Shown here: positions 1-9,645 of the stretch, one piece after another
Position numbering within the stretch: the stretch's first letter is position 1
Layout of the letters: each line of letters opens with the position of its first letter
Assembly (NCBI GenBank): GCA_046581755.1
Contig: JAYGFR010000090.1
Location: 3,067-67,066, forward strand
Length of the DNA: 64,000 nt
Direction of reading: 5' to 3'
Source of the DNA: Nitrospinota bacterium
GTDB taxonomy: Bacteria; UBA8248
Notes under the pieces: generated by a model
What the model was told of the DNA's origin: nothing
Databases searched by the model: none
What the model saw: only the letters and a program-made list of their open reading frames with translations
Made by a program: the position numbers and the translations under genes

Positions 1-359
1 TCAAGAATCTCCGTCCGCAATGGCTTCCACGTGTCATGGAGCGGACAAGGGGCGCTGTCTGAACACTCAGCGAGGCCGACCGCGCACCGCGTGAATCCCT
101 CTTCGCCGTCCACAGCCGAGACAACCTCCAACAAACTAATTTCGTTGGGAGAACGAGCCAGACCAAATCCCCCCTTGGGCCCTTTGACCGAAACGAGAAG
201 CCCTGCCCGCGCCAGTTGCTGGAGCAATTTTGCCAGATACGGGGCGGGCAATTTCTCGATTTCCGCAATCTCTTGAGCACGGATCAGGTGTGCATCTTTG
301 TTTACTGTTATATGTGTCAGAGCACGAATCGCATACTCGCAGGGCCGCGAATAAAGCAT
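1..359 (-). CDS. Rrf2/BadM-family transcriptional regulator, 3' end outside window (not in ORF track)
   Basis: Reverse-strand translation from ATG at ~359 gives MLYSRPCEYAIRALTHITVNKDAHLIRAQEIAEIEKLPAPYLAKLLQQLARAGLLVSVKGPKGGFGLARSP...CPLHDTW, a typical Rrf2 wHTH N-terminus. The ORF runs off the left edge. AGGAAA sits 7 nt upstream of the ATG. Confidence 0.7.
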   Translation of the reverse strand, partial: MLYSRPCEYAIRALTHITVNKDAHLIRAQEIAEIEKLPAPYLAKLLQQLARAGLLVSVKGPKGGFGLARSPNEISLLEVVSAVDGEEGFTRCAVGLAECSDSAPCPLHDTWKPLRTEIL

Positions 360-391
360 CTCATTTCCTTTCAAAATAGACGGGCTGGTCT

Positions 392-422
392 TAATTAATC
401 TAATTACTCATGTTTTGTCAAC
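392..422 (-). promoter_or_regulatory. Candidate sigma70-like promoter for the Rrf2 gene (TTGACA-N~17-TTAATT/TAGATT on minus strand)
   Basis: Reverse complement reads TTGACAaaacatgagtaattagaTTAATT about 35-60 nt upstream of the ATG. The region is AT-rich relative to the window. Confidence 0.3.
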
Positions 423-768
423 CTTTTTTTGCAATCCAGCCTAAAACCCCCGTGGATAAAGGAAAGTTATTTCCATCCTCAAGGTTAGATTATTGTAATC
501 GTGTCTCAAAATTTAGGTCCTGAAGTATAAAAACCAGTAATCACAGATGATGAGCGAAGATCGCTGCCGGATTGGAGAACCCGTATTTGGAAAATCTGAT
601 TTTGCCGCGGGTCGCCATGTGCATCGAAGATACTGGTATGGTTTGATTCGCTATTTAGTGGAAAAATTTTGGCCCTATATTCGGGATTGGACCAATTCTC
701 CAAAGGCTTGAACGAATGAATTTTCGCTTGGTTTCAGGAAAAATCCTCCGCTCCGTTCCTTATCTCAT

Positions 769-1905
769 TTGCCGGGTGACGGCCATTTTGCGCAAAAGCC
801 GCCGACCGGTATCCGCCCTCTCATCGAATCGGATACAGCCGCACAGAAAATTCTGGTCATTCGGCTGGACGCGTTAGGCGACTTTCTCATGATAACACCT
901 GCGCTCCGCTCGCTCAAAAAGCGATTCCCGGAGGCACAAATCGACTTGCTCGTTCAATTCGGCGTGGCTCCCCTGGCGGAGACGTTTCCCAATATCCACT
1001 GTATCCACTCCCTCCCCTGTGGGTTCCTTCTTCGCGGGGGCCGAAGGCTGGCCGGGGTGGCCGCATGGTTTTTGAAACTTTTCGAACTTCGCCGAAATGA
1101 ATACAATCTCATTATCGATTTCATGGGTTTGTTCCATTCGGCAGCGGCAGCGTGGATGAGCCGGGCCCCATTACGGATTGGCCATCGCCGGGATATCTCT
1201 CTCGGGTATATTTCGTTATCCACCTTTGGACATTTTTATACGCACGAGATCTGCTCGGAAAAAGAAGACCACCTGGCCGACCAAATGGCCCTGCTTCCCG
1301 CTGCACTGGGAGCCCCCATCGATCGGGAAGGATGGGAGGTCGTTATCACGGCGGAAATGGAAAAGGCGGCCGCCAGCCGATTGCACCTCGACGGTGCGGA
1401 CTCGGAGAAGGGTCCATTTGTCCTCATTCATCCCGGAGCCAAGTGGCCCCCCCGCCGGTGGCCACCCGAAATTTTCGCCAAAACTATCGACATCCTCCAC
1501 GGAAAAGGAATCCGTGCCATTCTCAACGCAGGCCCTGGAGAAGAGGCCATCATCGAAGCCATACGCCACCACTGCGATTCCAACCCCATCTATCTTTGGC
1601 CTCCAGTTCCGTTGGATACGCTATGGGGGATGCTAAAATTATCCGCCGCCTATTTGGGCAACGAAAGCGGCCCCATGCATATGGCCGGCGCGGCCGGGAC
1701 CCCCGTCGTCTCTATTTTCGGACCGACCCAGCCCCAACGCGTGGGACCCCGGGGGAGCCCATTCATCCCGATTTACTCGGCCCTGGAATGTAGCCCCTGC
1801 CAGCCATACTTTACGGGCGAAAAATGTCACCGGGGGCACAACTATTGTATGGACGAAATCACACCCGCCGATGCCGCCGCCATAGAGCGGCTCATCAATA
1901 AATAG
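769..1905 (+). CDS. Glycosyltransferase family 9 (ADP-heptose:LPS heptosyltransferase-like)
   Basis: The ILVIRLDALGDFLMITPALRSLKKRFPEAQIDLL N-terminal motif and overall layout are typical of WaaF/WaaC-type heptosyltransferases. The start may lie downstream of the first ATG. Confidence 0.75.
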   Translation: MPGDGHFAQKPPTGIRPLIESDTAAQKILVIRLDALGDFLMITPALRSLKKRFPEAQIDLLVQFGVAPLAETFPNIHCIHSLPCGFLLRGGRRLAGVAAWFLKLFELRRNEYNLIIDFMGLFHSAAAAWMSRAPLRIGHRRDISLGYISLSTFGHFYTHEICSEKEDHLADQMALLPAALGAPIDREGWEVVITAEMEKAAASRLHLDGADSEKGPFVLIHPGAKWPPRRWPPEIFAKTIDILHGKGIRAILNAGPGEEAIIEAIRHHCDSNPIYLWPPVPLDTLWGMLKLSAAYLGNESGPMHMAGAAGTPVVSIFGPTQPQRVGPRGSPFIPIYSALECSPCQPYFTGEKCHRGHNYCMDEITPADAAAIERLINK

Positions 1906-2213
1906 GATGTGCGGGATAGATTGGGGCAGTTTTTTAATTTCCGGAATACCGGCCCGTTCTCATCCCCTTGATCGCGAGGTGCACAAATCAGGCGAAATCC
2001 GATTGGCCGGATTCAAATTTCAATCGGTGGGAAAATAATTTGCAAATCCATCCCAACCACTTTTGAATCTCCGATTCTTCGCGATTGCGTCATTTTGATT
2101 CTAAAGCACAATCCAATTAAAATGTATATATCAATATCTTACATCGCATAAAAGAAAATGCAGCCTGTCTGGCCACCGCCAATTTATTGAACATTTTATC
2201 CATAATGTGCTAA

Positions 2214-2233
2214 TTGAGAAACTATCCACTCAA
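2214..2233. promoter_or_regulatory. Inverted repeat TTGAG-N10-CTCAA upstream of the REC-Hpt gene, preceded by GTGCTAA
   Basis: The sequence reads ...aatGTGCTAATTGAGaaactatccaCTCAAaggg... about 35 nt upstream of the ATG at 2269. It is loosely HAIR-like, but the spacing is off by one and the half-sites are shortened. Confidence 0.25.
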
Positions 2234-2268
2234 AGGGAAATTTTTATCGTTCCCGATGGAGATTCCCC

Positions 2269-3108
2269 ATGGCAGCGGGCAGGCCGCATTCCTCGCACTC
2301 GAACTCGAATATTTTCTCCCAGGGGAGTCCCCCGAAAGGATACATCCTCGTCGCAGAGGACAACCCAGACAACCAGCTCGTAGCCAAGTACATCCTGAAT
2401 AGTCTCGGATACGAAGTCGATTTGGTGGAAACGGGCCGGCAAGCCATCGAATCTCTCGCGCAAAAACACTGCGACATCGTTCTGATGGATTGCCAAATGC
2501 CCGAGATGGACGGATTCGAGGCGACGCACCAGATTCGAAAGGATGAGGAGAGCCAGAATCGGCACATCCCGATCATCGCCATGACAGCCTATGCCCTCAT
2601 GGGAGACCGGGAGAAGTGCATCGAATCCGGAATGGATGATTACATATCCAAGCCCGTCACCATCGATGTCCTGGTCGAGAAAATGAACAAGCTGCTTCGG
2701 GATGATCATGAAAAGCCTTCCCGTTCGCTTGGCGAAACCGTGAGCGATCCTGAAAGTTCACTCGATATGAGTGTATTAGCCGAGCTGGTTGCCGTTCAGG
2801 ATGAAAATGGAATTGGGTTGGTGGATAAGCTCACCACCATATTCCTCACCGATTCCCCCAACCGAATGGAAGCCATCCGCCAAGCGGTGGACGCGGACGA
2901 TTCGGCCGCCCTGGAACACAGCGCCCATGCCCTCAAGGGGAGCTGCACGATCATCGGAGCCAAAACGATGAGGGACATCTGCTATGAGCTGGAGAAAATG
3001 GGCTCCCAATCTCAATTCGGCGGCTCAAGAGAAACCTTCAGTCGGCTTGAAGACGAATTTGCCCAGGTGCAGACGGATCTCTCGAAAAGACCCTGGAAAG
3101 ACCTCTAG
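2269..3108 (+). CDS. Response regulator receiver domain fused to a C-terminal Hpt (histidine phosphotransfer) domain
   Basis: The receiver has a canonical phospho-acceptor Asp (VLMDCQMPEMDGFE), the Thr/Ser position (IIAMTA) and the Lys (YISKPV). The C-terminal 100 aa carry the Hpt motif SAHALKGSCTIIGAKTMRDICYELE. Confidence 0.8.
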   Translation: MAAGRPHSSHSNSNIFSQGSPPKGYILVAEDNPDNQLVAKYILNSLGYEVDLVETGRQAIESLAQKHCDIVLMDCQMPEMDGFEATHQIRKDEESQNRHIPIIAMTAYALMGDREKCIESGMDDYISKPVTIDVLVEKMNKLLRDDHEKPSRSLGETVSDPESSLDMSVLAELVAVQDENGIGLVDKLTTIFLTDSPNRMEAIRQAVDADDSAALEHSAHALKGSCTIIGAKTMRDICYELEKMGSQSQFGGSRETFSRLEDEFAQVQTDLSKRPWKDL

Positions 3109-3521
3109 CCCTGAATTCCAAAACATGATTCAGGCGACTAGATGAATCCGGACGCACCCAGCGCAAACGAATCATCTCCCCGCATACTCCCTAAAAATCC
3201 CAAAAAATGTCTTCGCCGGACGTAATTTTCCTCCTTTCGCTGGCTGCTCCTCCCTGCAGCACGGTCAACATAGTGCAGATTGATGGGTTTACTACTACAG
3301 GAATTTCGCGGAGGCACCGTGTCCCACTTCCGGCCCCTCAGGCTCCTTCCCGGCGAACAACCCCCAGGAATTTCACGCTTGGACCGCTCCTTGTCTCCTT
3401 AGTCCAGATGCTCTTCCTCAGTCATTATCAATACGCTGAATCATTCCCAATTCATGGAAATGGTACGCCCCCGCTCTCTCCACGCTGGCCTGCTCATGAG
3501 GCCGCGTGATAGGCTATAATC

Positions 3522-4388
3522 ATGAAGAATGGTCTGCATCTTGAGAAACTGGACAATTTCGCGATCGTACTCGTTCAACCCCGAGGTGCAGGCAACGTGG
3601 GCGCCATTGCCCGTGCCATGGCCCATTTCGGCCTCTCCGATCTTCGCCTCGTTGCCCCCCAATGCGACATAAAAAGTGTGGAGGCCCGCTCCATGGCCAT
3701 GAGCGCCCAACCCCTCCTGGCTTCCGCCCGGCATTACCCGAACCTCCGCGAGGCTTTGGAGGATTGCGCCTGGGCCGTGGCCACCTCCCGCCGCCTCGGA
3801 CGGAACCGCAAGCCGACGATGTCTCCCCGCGAAGGCGCCCGCCAACTCCTAGAGCGGACCGGAGAGACAAAAGTGGCGCTGGTTTTCGGGCGCGAAGATA
3901 AAGGCCTCCGGACAGATGAGGTCGATCTTTGCCAGGAGCGGCTTTTGATTTCGGCGATTCCAGGCTCGGATTCGTTCAATCTCTCCCAGGCGGCGCTGAT
4001 AATTTTCTGGGAAATTTTCATGGAAAAACAAACTGTCGCCAACCAAACCGCTCAGCCCGAAACGGCCTATCCGGAAGATGCGCTGGCTCCTAGGGATAAG
4101 GTCGAGGGCCTTGTGGACCATCTGGTCGCAACGCTCGAAATGATCGGATTCGTGCCTCACCACAACCCCGAGCGCGTGGCCAGGTCCTTTCGCAGCCTGA
4201 TTGACCGGATCAAACCCAGTGATCTGGAGGTCCGGATGCTGCGTGGCGTTCTCCGTCAGGTGGCGTGGAAATTATTCAACCGCCCCTCCGATTCGGACAA
4301 TTCCATCTCCCCGGCCACCATCGAGCCCATTGAGGAATCCCCTTCCCTGACGGCCAAACGGAGGGAGCGCCTCATTCGGAATTCGTGA
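3522..4388 (+). CDS. trmJ: tRNA (cytidine/uridine-2'-O)-methyltransferase TrmJ-like (SpoU/TrmH class SPOUT)
   Basis: N-terminal FAIVLVQPRGAGNVGAIARAMAHFGLSDLRLVAP matches the TrmJ/YfhQ signature. The C-terminal extension runs to ~288 aa. Confidence 0.7.
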   Translation: MKNGLHLEKLDNFAIVLVQPRGAGNVGAIARAMAHFGLSDLRLVAPQCDIKSVEARSMAMSAQPLLASARHYPNLREALEDCAWAVATSRRLGRNRKPTMSPREGARQLLERTGETKVALVFGREDKGLRTDEVDLCQERLLISAIPGSDSFNLSQAALIIFWEIFMEKQTVANQTAQPETAYPEDALAPRDKVEGLVDHLVATLEMIGFVPHHNPERVARSFRSLIDRIKPSDLEVRMLRGVLRQVAWKLFNRPSDSDNSISPATIEPIEESPSLTAKRRERLIRNS

Positions 4389-4437
4389 GGGACCGGCGGC
4401 CTCCGCTTATCACGGTTGAGACGAGCATTAGGGAAAA

Positions 4438-5472
4438 ATGGACCTTCGGGATTTCGACTACGACCTTCCCAGAGAGGCTATCGCCCGCTATCCAGCCAGC
4501 CGCCGAATGGACGCTCGCCTTATGGTATTGCCCAGATACCAGGGGCCACTCCGCCACAAGACCATCCGCGACCTCCCCAGCGAACTTCGCCCCGGGGATA
4601 TGCTGGTGGTGAATGACACCAAGGTCCAGCCCTGGCGCCTGTTCGGAAACCGCTCCTCCGGGGGGAAGGTCGAAATCCTTCTCCTTCGAGAGGAGAGCCC
4701 GGGCGTTTACCGGGCCATGGTGTCCTCGAACCGCCCAATGCCCGAGGGAGAGCGGGTCCGGTTCCAGGGCGAAGTGGAGGCCGTACTCGGCGCCCCCGGG
4801 CTCGAGAGACAAATCCGGTTTTCCAATGCCGAAACCTTTTGTGAGTGGCTGGAATCGGAGGGAGAACTCCCGATACCGCCCTACCTGGGCCGGCGGGCGG
4901 AATCGATCGACATCGAGCGCTACCAGACCGTATTCGCCCGCGCGCCCGGAGCGGTAGCGGCCCCCACGGCCGGCCTCCACTTTGATGATGCCCTCATCGC
5001 CAAACTTGAATCAAGCGGGGTGAACCTGGCACCTTTGACCTTGCACGTTGGACCCGGCACCTTTCGCCCAGTGAAGGAAAATCGGATCGAAAACCATGAG
5101 ATGGATGCCGAGACCTACATCCTCCCTCAGGGGACAGCCAAGCGGATCGAGGAGACGCGCCGGAATGGCGGCCGAGTCATCGCCGTCGGGACGACGGTCG
5201 TCAGAGCCCTGGAATCGGCCGCGATGTCATCGGCGGATGGGGGAGAACCATTGATTCGCGAGTCGGAGGGGGAGACACGCCTGTTCATCCGCCCTGGCCA
5301 TACATTCCGCGCCATCGACGGGATCGTGACGAATTTTCATCTTCCCTGTTCCACCCTTTTGATTCTAATTGCGGCGTTCGCGGGAAGAGAGCGTATACTG
5401 GAGGCCTACCGTTCGGCGAGGGAGGAAAAATACCGCTTCTACAGCTATGGGGATGCGATGTTCATCGCATGA
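4438..5472 (+). CDS. queA: S-adenosylmethionine:tRNA ribosyltransferase-isomerase
   Basis: MDLRDFDYDLPREAIARYP plus GTTVVRALE and the NFHLPCSTLL motif are characteristic of QueA. Confidence 0.9.
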   Translation: MDLRDFDYDLPREAIARYPASRRMDARLMVLPRYQGPLRHKTIRDLPSELRPGDMLVVNDTKVQPWRLFGNRSSGGKVEILLLREESPGVYRAMVSSNRPMPEGERVRFQGEVEAVLGAPGLERQIRFSNAETFCEWLESEGELPIPPYLGRRAESIDIERYQTVFARAPGAVAAPTAGLHFDDALIAKLESSGVNLAPLTLHVGPGTFRPVKENRIENHEMDAETYILPQGTAKRIEETRRNGGRVIAVGTTVVRALESAAMSSADGGEPLIRESEGETRLFIRPGHTFRAIDGIVTNFHLPCSTLLILIAAFAGRERILEAYRSAREEKYRFYSYGDAMFIA

Positions 5473-5540
5473 ATAGAAGGGAGTGGAATCAAGGCGCGAA
5501 TACGGCGGATAGGAATAAGCGATTGTTTTAAAACGAGTTG

Positions 5541-5576
5541 AAAAGAAGGACCCGGATCCGGAATACGCCGGTCCTA
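5541..5576 (-). terminator. Rho-independent terminator of the HU/IHF-like gene (also closes queA on the plus strand)
   Basis: On the minus strand, a GGACCGGCG...CCGGATCCGGGTCC hairpin overlaps the TAG stop and is followed by TTCTTTT. Confidence 0.55.
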
Positions 5577-5867
5577 AGAGAAGCGCACCGGAGCGCCGTT
5601 CATGGCCTCCTTGAAATGCTTGCCGGATTTAAAGCGCACCACCTTGCGGGCGCTGATCGGGGCCTCTTCGCCTGTCTTCGGGTTCCGCCCGATTCGGGCA
5701 TTTTTGGATCGAACCTGGAACGAGCCGAACCTTCGAAGGATTACGGGATCACCCAACTGGAGGGTTTCCTTGATGGTCGCGATGATGGCCTCAACAGCCT
5801 CTTCCGATTTTACTTTGCTAAGACCGGTATCTTCAGCAACTAGATTTATAATATCGATCTTGGTCAA
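5574..5867 (-). CDS. HU/IHF-family nucleoid DNA-binding protein (IHF-like arm), probable TTG start
   Basis: (M)TKIDIINLVAEDTGLSKVKSEEAVEAIIATIKE...RFGSFQVRSKNARIGRNPKTGEEAPISARKVVRFKSGK. The TTG at 5865-5867 sits at the homologous N-terminus. The upstream 54 codons of the listed ORF are non-homologous. Confidence 0.8.
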   Translation of the reverse strand: MTKIDIINLVAEDTGLSKVKSEEAVEAIIATIKETLQLGDPVILRRFGSFQVRSKNARIGRNPKTGEEAPISARKVVRFKSGKHFKEAMNGAPVRFS

Positions 5868-6060
5868 CGCACTACCCTCATTCCATAACCATGTGCAAAG
5901 CCGATTCCGCATGCGTGGGTCCGGCCCCCGCATGCGGTGATTGGACTTAGGACCTAACCCTTTGAACAAACAAACTTTAGCATTCCAATGTTCGAAGGGC
6001 AACCCTGCAAATCGATGATTATTATGCAATTTTAGAGTATTAGGAGGTAATTATCGGCCA

Positions 6061-7209
6061 ATGGAATTCTCCATGCCCGAGCGAATCCGCGATATCAAGC
6101 CATTTCTGGTGATGGATATTCTCGAAAGAGCCCGCCAATTGGAGGCTGAGGGCCGCGATATCATTCACCTGGAGGTCGGGGAGCCCGATTTCGAGACCCC
6201 CGGGGTTATCGTCCAGGCCGCCCAAAAAGCCCTTTCCGATGGACATACGCACTACACCACGGCCCTGGGGATTCCCGAACTCCGAGAAGCTATCGTCGAT
6301 CGCTACAATCACCTCTACAACCTGGCAATCGATCCCGCTCGCGTCGTTGTCACCAGCGGCACAAGCCCGGCCATGCTGATGTTATTCTCCGTCCTGATCG
6401 AGGCCGGGGAAGAAATCATTCTTTCAGACCCGCATTATGCCTGCCACCCCAGCTTCATACTCTCGGCAATGGGATCCCCCGTCCTCGTTCCAGCCGGGGC
6501 CGAGGAGGGGTTTGTTCTTCAGGTCAATGCCGTCCAGGAGCGAATCACCCCCCGCACCCGGTGTATCCTTATTAACTCACCCTCGAATCCGATGGGTGTT
6601 CGTCTCGCGAAAGAGGAAATCGAAGCGCTGGCTGGACTCGGCCCGCCCCTGGTGTCCGATGAAATTTATCACGGCCTGAGCTACGGCGAGCGCGATTATT
6701 CGGCGCTCGAATTTTCGGATGAAGCCTTTATTATCAATGGGTTCTCAAAATATTTCGCCATGACGGGCTGGCGGCTCGGATATTTAATCGTGCCCGAGCG
6801 CTTCGTCCGCTCCCTGGAAATTCTCCAGCAAAACTACTTTGTCTCGCCCAACTCCTTCGTTCAACAAGCGGGCATCGCCGCTCTCCGGGAAGCCGTCCCC
6901 GCCGCCGAGAAAATGCGGGATATCTACGCCAATCGAAGGATCACCATGATGCAGGGCCTGAAATCCATTGGCCTGCCTGTCCACCGGGAGCCAGATGGCG
7001 CCTTCTACGCCTTCGCCGACGCCCATCAATTCAGCCCGAACAGCCTTGTCCTGGCCCGGGAGATCCTGGAGGCGACCGGCGTTGCCGTCGCTCCGGGGGC
7101 CGATTTCGGCCCGGGGGGAGAGGGCTACCTTCGGTTTTCTTATTGCAATTCGGTGGAGAACATCGAGACCGCTCTGGAGCGGGTGGGCCGCTATCTCGCA
7201 GGCCGGTAG
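6061..7209 (+). CDS. PLP-dependent class I/II aminotransferase (aspartate aminotransferase family)
   Basis: HYTTALGIPELREAI, the NGFSKYFAMTGWRLGY Lys-pyridoxal motif and 382 aa length. Confidence 0.8.
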   Translation: MEFSMPERIRDIKPFLVMDILERARQLEAEGRDIIHLEVGEPDFETPGVIVQAAQKALSDGHTHYTTALGIPELREAIVDRYNHLYNLAIDPARVVVTSGTSPAMLMLFSVLIEAGEEIILSDPHYACHPSFILSAMGSPVLVPAGAEEGFVLQVNAVQERITPRTRCILINSPSNPMGVRLAKEEIEALAGLGPPLVSDEIYHGLSYGERDYSALEFSDEAFIINGFSKYFAMTGWRLGYLIVPERFVRSLEILQQNYFVSPNSFVQQAGIAALREAVPAAEKMRDIYANRRITMMQGLKSIGLPVHREPDGAFYAFADAHQFSPNSLVLAREILEATGVAVAPGADFGPGGEGYLRFSYCNSVENIETALERVGRYLAGR

Positions 7210-7289
7210 GCGATCCCTAAAGAAAGATCTCCTTCCCCCCGTTGGATGCGGGAGAAAGGAGGTTCAGGAAAAACGTCCGGCCTGGCAAT

Positions 7290-7565
7290 CTATTCGACCT
7301 CGGAAAAATCCTCGGCGGAATACTCCTGATCCATATCGTCCATATTCGCCTGGACCGGAGTTTGCCGCCATTTCAGCTTGTCTTCGACAATTTCCTTGAA
7401 GACGATTTCCTCGTGCGTCGCGAGCCCTTTAGAATCTACCAAGGGCTCCGCCCCCTTTCTGAGCTGGGTTACGCGCTTCGCGAGGATAACAGATAAAAGA
7501 AACCGGTTTTTTACTTTGTCCAACGCCGCTTCGAAGATTTGTTCATACGTCAAACTCGAGGCCAT
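7290..7565 (-). CDS. rpoZ: DNA-directed RNA polymerase subunit omega
   Basis: MASSLTYEQIFEAALDKVKNRFLLSVILAKRVTQLRKGAEPLV is the RpoZ signature. Start taken at the internal Met33 of the listed ORF. Confidence 0.8.
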   Translation of the reverse strand: MASSLTYEQIFEAALDKVKNRFLLSVILAKRVTQLRKGAEPLVDSKGLATHEEIVFKEIVEDKLKWRQTPVQANMDDMDQEYSAEDFSEVE

Positions 7566-7711
7566 ACTCCCTCCACTGGCTTCCAACCGGATCGGGACAA
7601 CTTTTATGCGGCCAGCGGCCACCCGGGCCCAATCCTCTTCCCATCCGCCCAAAACAGCCATGGTTTATGGCTTAATTTTCCCCGCATTACAACCACGGGA
7701 GGAATTATTCT

Positions 7712-8233
7712 CTACCCTATTCCCACATTCTGCACATACATCAGTTGCAGGTCCGAAAGAACCTGGGCCATCAACCTTTCCTCGTCCTCGGACAAATTAC
7801 CCGCCATCTTTTCCTTCACCATGGAAATCATATCAACGAACATCTTGGCGCCCCGCGGATCCGCCCCCCCCACCCGCTCGCCGGTCTGGGGATTGATGCC
7901 CATGGCCGCGATGGCATTCGTCTGGAGAATGGCCAGAAGAGTTTCGAACTCCCTGGATACGCCTCTATCCTCGGCGGCATCGGGGTCCCCGTCCTCGCCG
8001 GGCCCGGCGACGGCATCGGCCCCATCCCCTGGCAACGACGGGGGCTCTTCGGAAGGAGGGACCTCGGAAACGGGAGTAGGATCGGGCCTTGCCGGGGGCG
8101 GAGCAAGCGAATCCTCGGGCGCTGCCTCCCCGGATTCGCCTTCATCCTCATCCTCGTAGCCCCGGACGGCGAAGCGCCGGTCAGATATCTTGAACCCCTT
8201 CATCTCTTCTTCGGATTCGTTTTCTTCTTCCAT
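7712..8233 (-). CDS. DUF1844-family protein (acidic N-terminus, conserved C-terminal domain)
   Basis: The C-terminal TLLAILQTNAIAAMGINPQTGE...DPRGAKMFVDMISMVKEKMAGNLSEDEERLMAQVLSDLQLMYVQ matches my recollection of DUF1844. The N-terminal 90 aa are Glu/Asp/Pro-rich. Confidence 0.55.
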   Translation of the reverse strand: MEEENESEEEMKGFKISDRRFAVRGYEDEDEGESGEAAPEDSLAPPPARPDPTPVSEVPPSEEPPSLPGDGADAVAGPGEDGDPDAAEDRGVSREFETLLAILQTNAIAAMGINPQTGERVGGADPRGAKMFVDMISMVKEKMAGNLSEDEERLMAQVLSDLQLMYVQNVGIG

Positions 8234-8362
8234 GTCTTCCTCTCATTTACCGGTTCAAAATTCGGTCCGGCTCACCACCAGAAACCCAAAGCATCCGGTA
8301 AACATGAAATTTTTCCAGCCCGCAGGAGGCCATACCGGAGGCCGCAGCCGGGATCGGATTCA

Positions 8363-9562
8363 TCAACCGCCCGGTGCGCTCTCCCCCGCTTCCGGAGCCT
8401 CCCGGAATAGCGGTTCCAACCGGCGGCGAAGTGCCTCTTTGAGGGAGAAAAACATGCCGGTGAACCCCTTTTTCCGGCCGCCGGAATTTCTCTCTCCCCC
8501 GCCATCGAGCGCGGCCAGTTCCCGGAAAATCCGCTCCTCCTTCGAGGAGAGTTTTTTCGGCGTTTGCACGATGACCTGGACCACGTGATCGCCCTTGGAT
8601 CTGCGGCCCAGCACGGGAAATCCCTCTCCGCGCATCCGGAGCAATTCACCCGGCTGAATGCCCCGCGGAACCTTCAGCCGCGAGACGCCGTAGAGGGTTT
8701 TCACCTCCATCTCCGCGCCCAGTGCCGCCTGAGAGAAGGTGACGGAAACCTGGGTGATTACCTCGCTGCCCTCGCGGTGGAAATATTCGTGCGGCAGGAG
8801 GGACGCCACCACAAACAGGTCGCCCGAGGGACCGCCTTTTAGCCCGCCCTCTCCCTCCTCGCGGAGGCGCAGCCTGCCGCCCTCATCGATACCGGGAGGA
8901 ATCTTGATCTTCACCTTTCGTTGCTCGATCCGCCTTCCCTCGCCCCTGCACTCCAGGCAGTGCTCGCCGATCTCCGTGCCCGAGCCGCCGCAGGCCGAAC
9001 ACGTCGTGCTATAGGTGATGAATCCTTGGCGGAAGGCGACCTGACCGCCTCCCTTGCAGGTCGAGCACTGGCGAATCGAATCGGCCGATTTCGCGCCCGT
9101 CCCCCCACAATAGGCGCACTCGGCGGAGCGCTCGAACTCGATTTCGCGCTCGACGCCTGAGGCAGCCTCCTCCAGCGTCAAATCCCACTGGTAGGCGAGG
9201 TCCCGGCCCTTCTGAGCGCCGCCGCGGCGGCGCCTCCCGCCGCCACCGCCACCGAAGAAATCCGAAAAAATGTCCCCGAAGGACGAGAAAATTTCGTCGA
9301 AGTTGGAAAATCCCTGGCTGCCCATCCCGCTTAGGCCGTCATGGCCGAATTGATCGTACCTGGCCCTCTTCTCCGAATCGCTCAGCACCTGATAGGCCTC
9401 GGAAGCCTCCTTGAACGCCTCCTCGGCCTTCGGATCGTCCGGATTCCGGTCAGGGTGATACTTCATCGCCAAATGGCGGTACGCCTTTTTGATATCGGAC
9501 TCGCCCGAATCGCGCGCAACGCCCAGAATCTCGTAGTAATCTCGCATTCCGTTCTGGTTCAT
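8363..9562 (-). CDS. dnaJ: Molecular chaperone DnaJ (type I, with CxxCxGxG zinc-finger repeats)
   Basis: J-domain with [52 protein letters not shown], a G/F region, four CxxCxG repeats and the C-terminal domains. Confidence 0.9.
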   Translation of the reverse strand: MNQNGMRDYYEILGVARDSGESDIKKAYRHLAMKYHPDRNPDDPKAEEAFKEASEAYQVLSDSEKRARYDQFGHDGLSGMGSQGFSNFDEIFSSFGDIFSDFFGGGGGGRRRRGGAQKGRDLAYQWDLTLEEAASGVEREIEFERSAECAYCGGTGAKSADSIRQCSTCKGGGQVAFRQGFITYSTTCSACGGSGTEIGEHCLECRGEGRRIEQRKVKIKIPPGIDEGGRLRLREEGEGGLKGGPSGDLFVVASLLPHEYFHREGSEVITQVSVTFSQAALGAEMEVKTLYGVSRLKVPRGIQPGELLRMRGEGFPVLGRRSKGDHVVQVIVQTPKKLSSKEERIFRELAALDGGGERNSGGRKKGFTGMFFSLKEALRRRLEPLFREAPEAGESAPGG

Positions 9563-9645
9563 TTCTGTTTCCCGTAAAAAATCATTCCGTCCATCCAGCC
9601 CCCTCCTTCCTCTGGCGGCGGAGCCTCTTGTAGCACATCTTCAAA

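Noticed and set aside
3110-3134. Hairpin CCTGAAT-N11-ATTCAGG immediately after the REC-Hpt stop as an intrinsic terminator
   Set aside because: No U-tract follows (cgactagatg). It may still be a weak or Rho-dependent stop signal, but I do not call it a terminator.
3207-3509. 100-aa ORF in the REC-Hpt/trmJ spacer
   Set aside because: No RBS. Composition is Pro/Ser/Leu-rich and atypical of the window. Likely a chance ORF in a promoter spacer.
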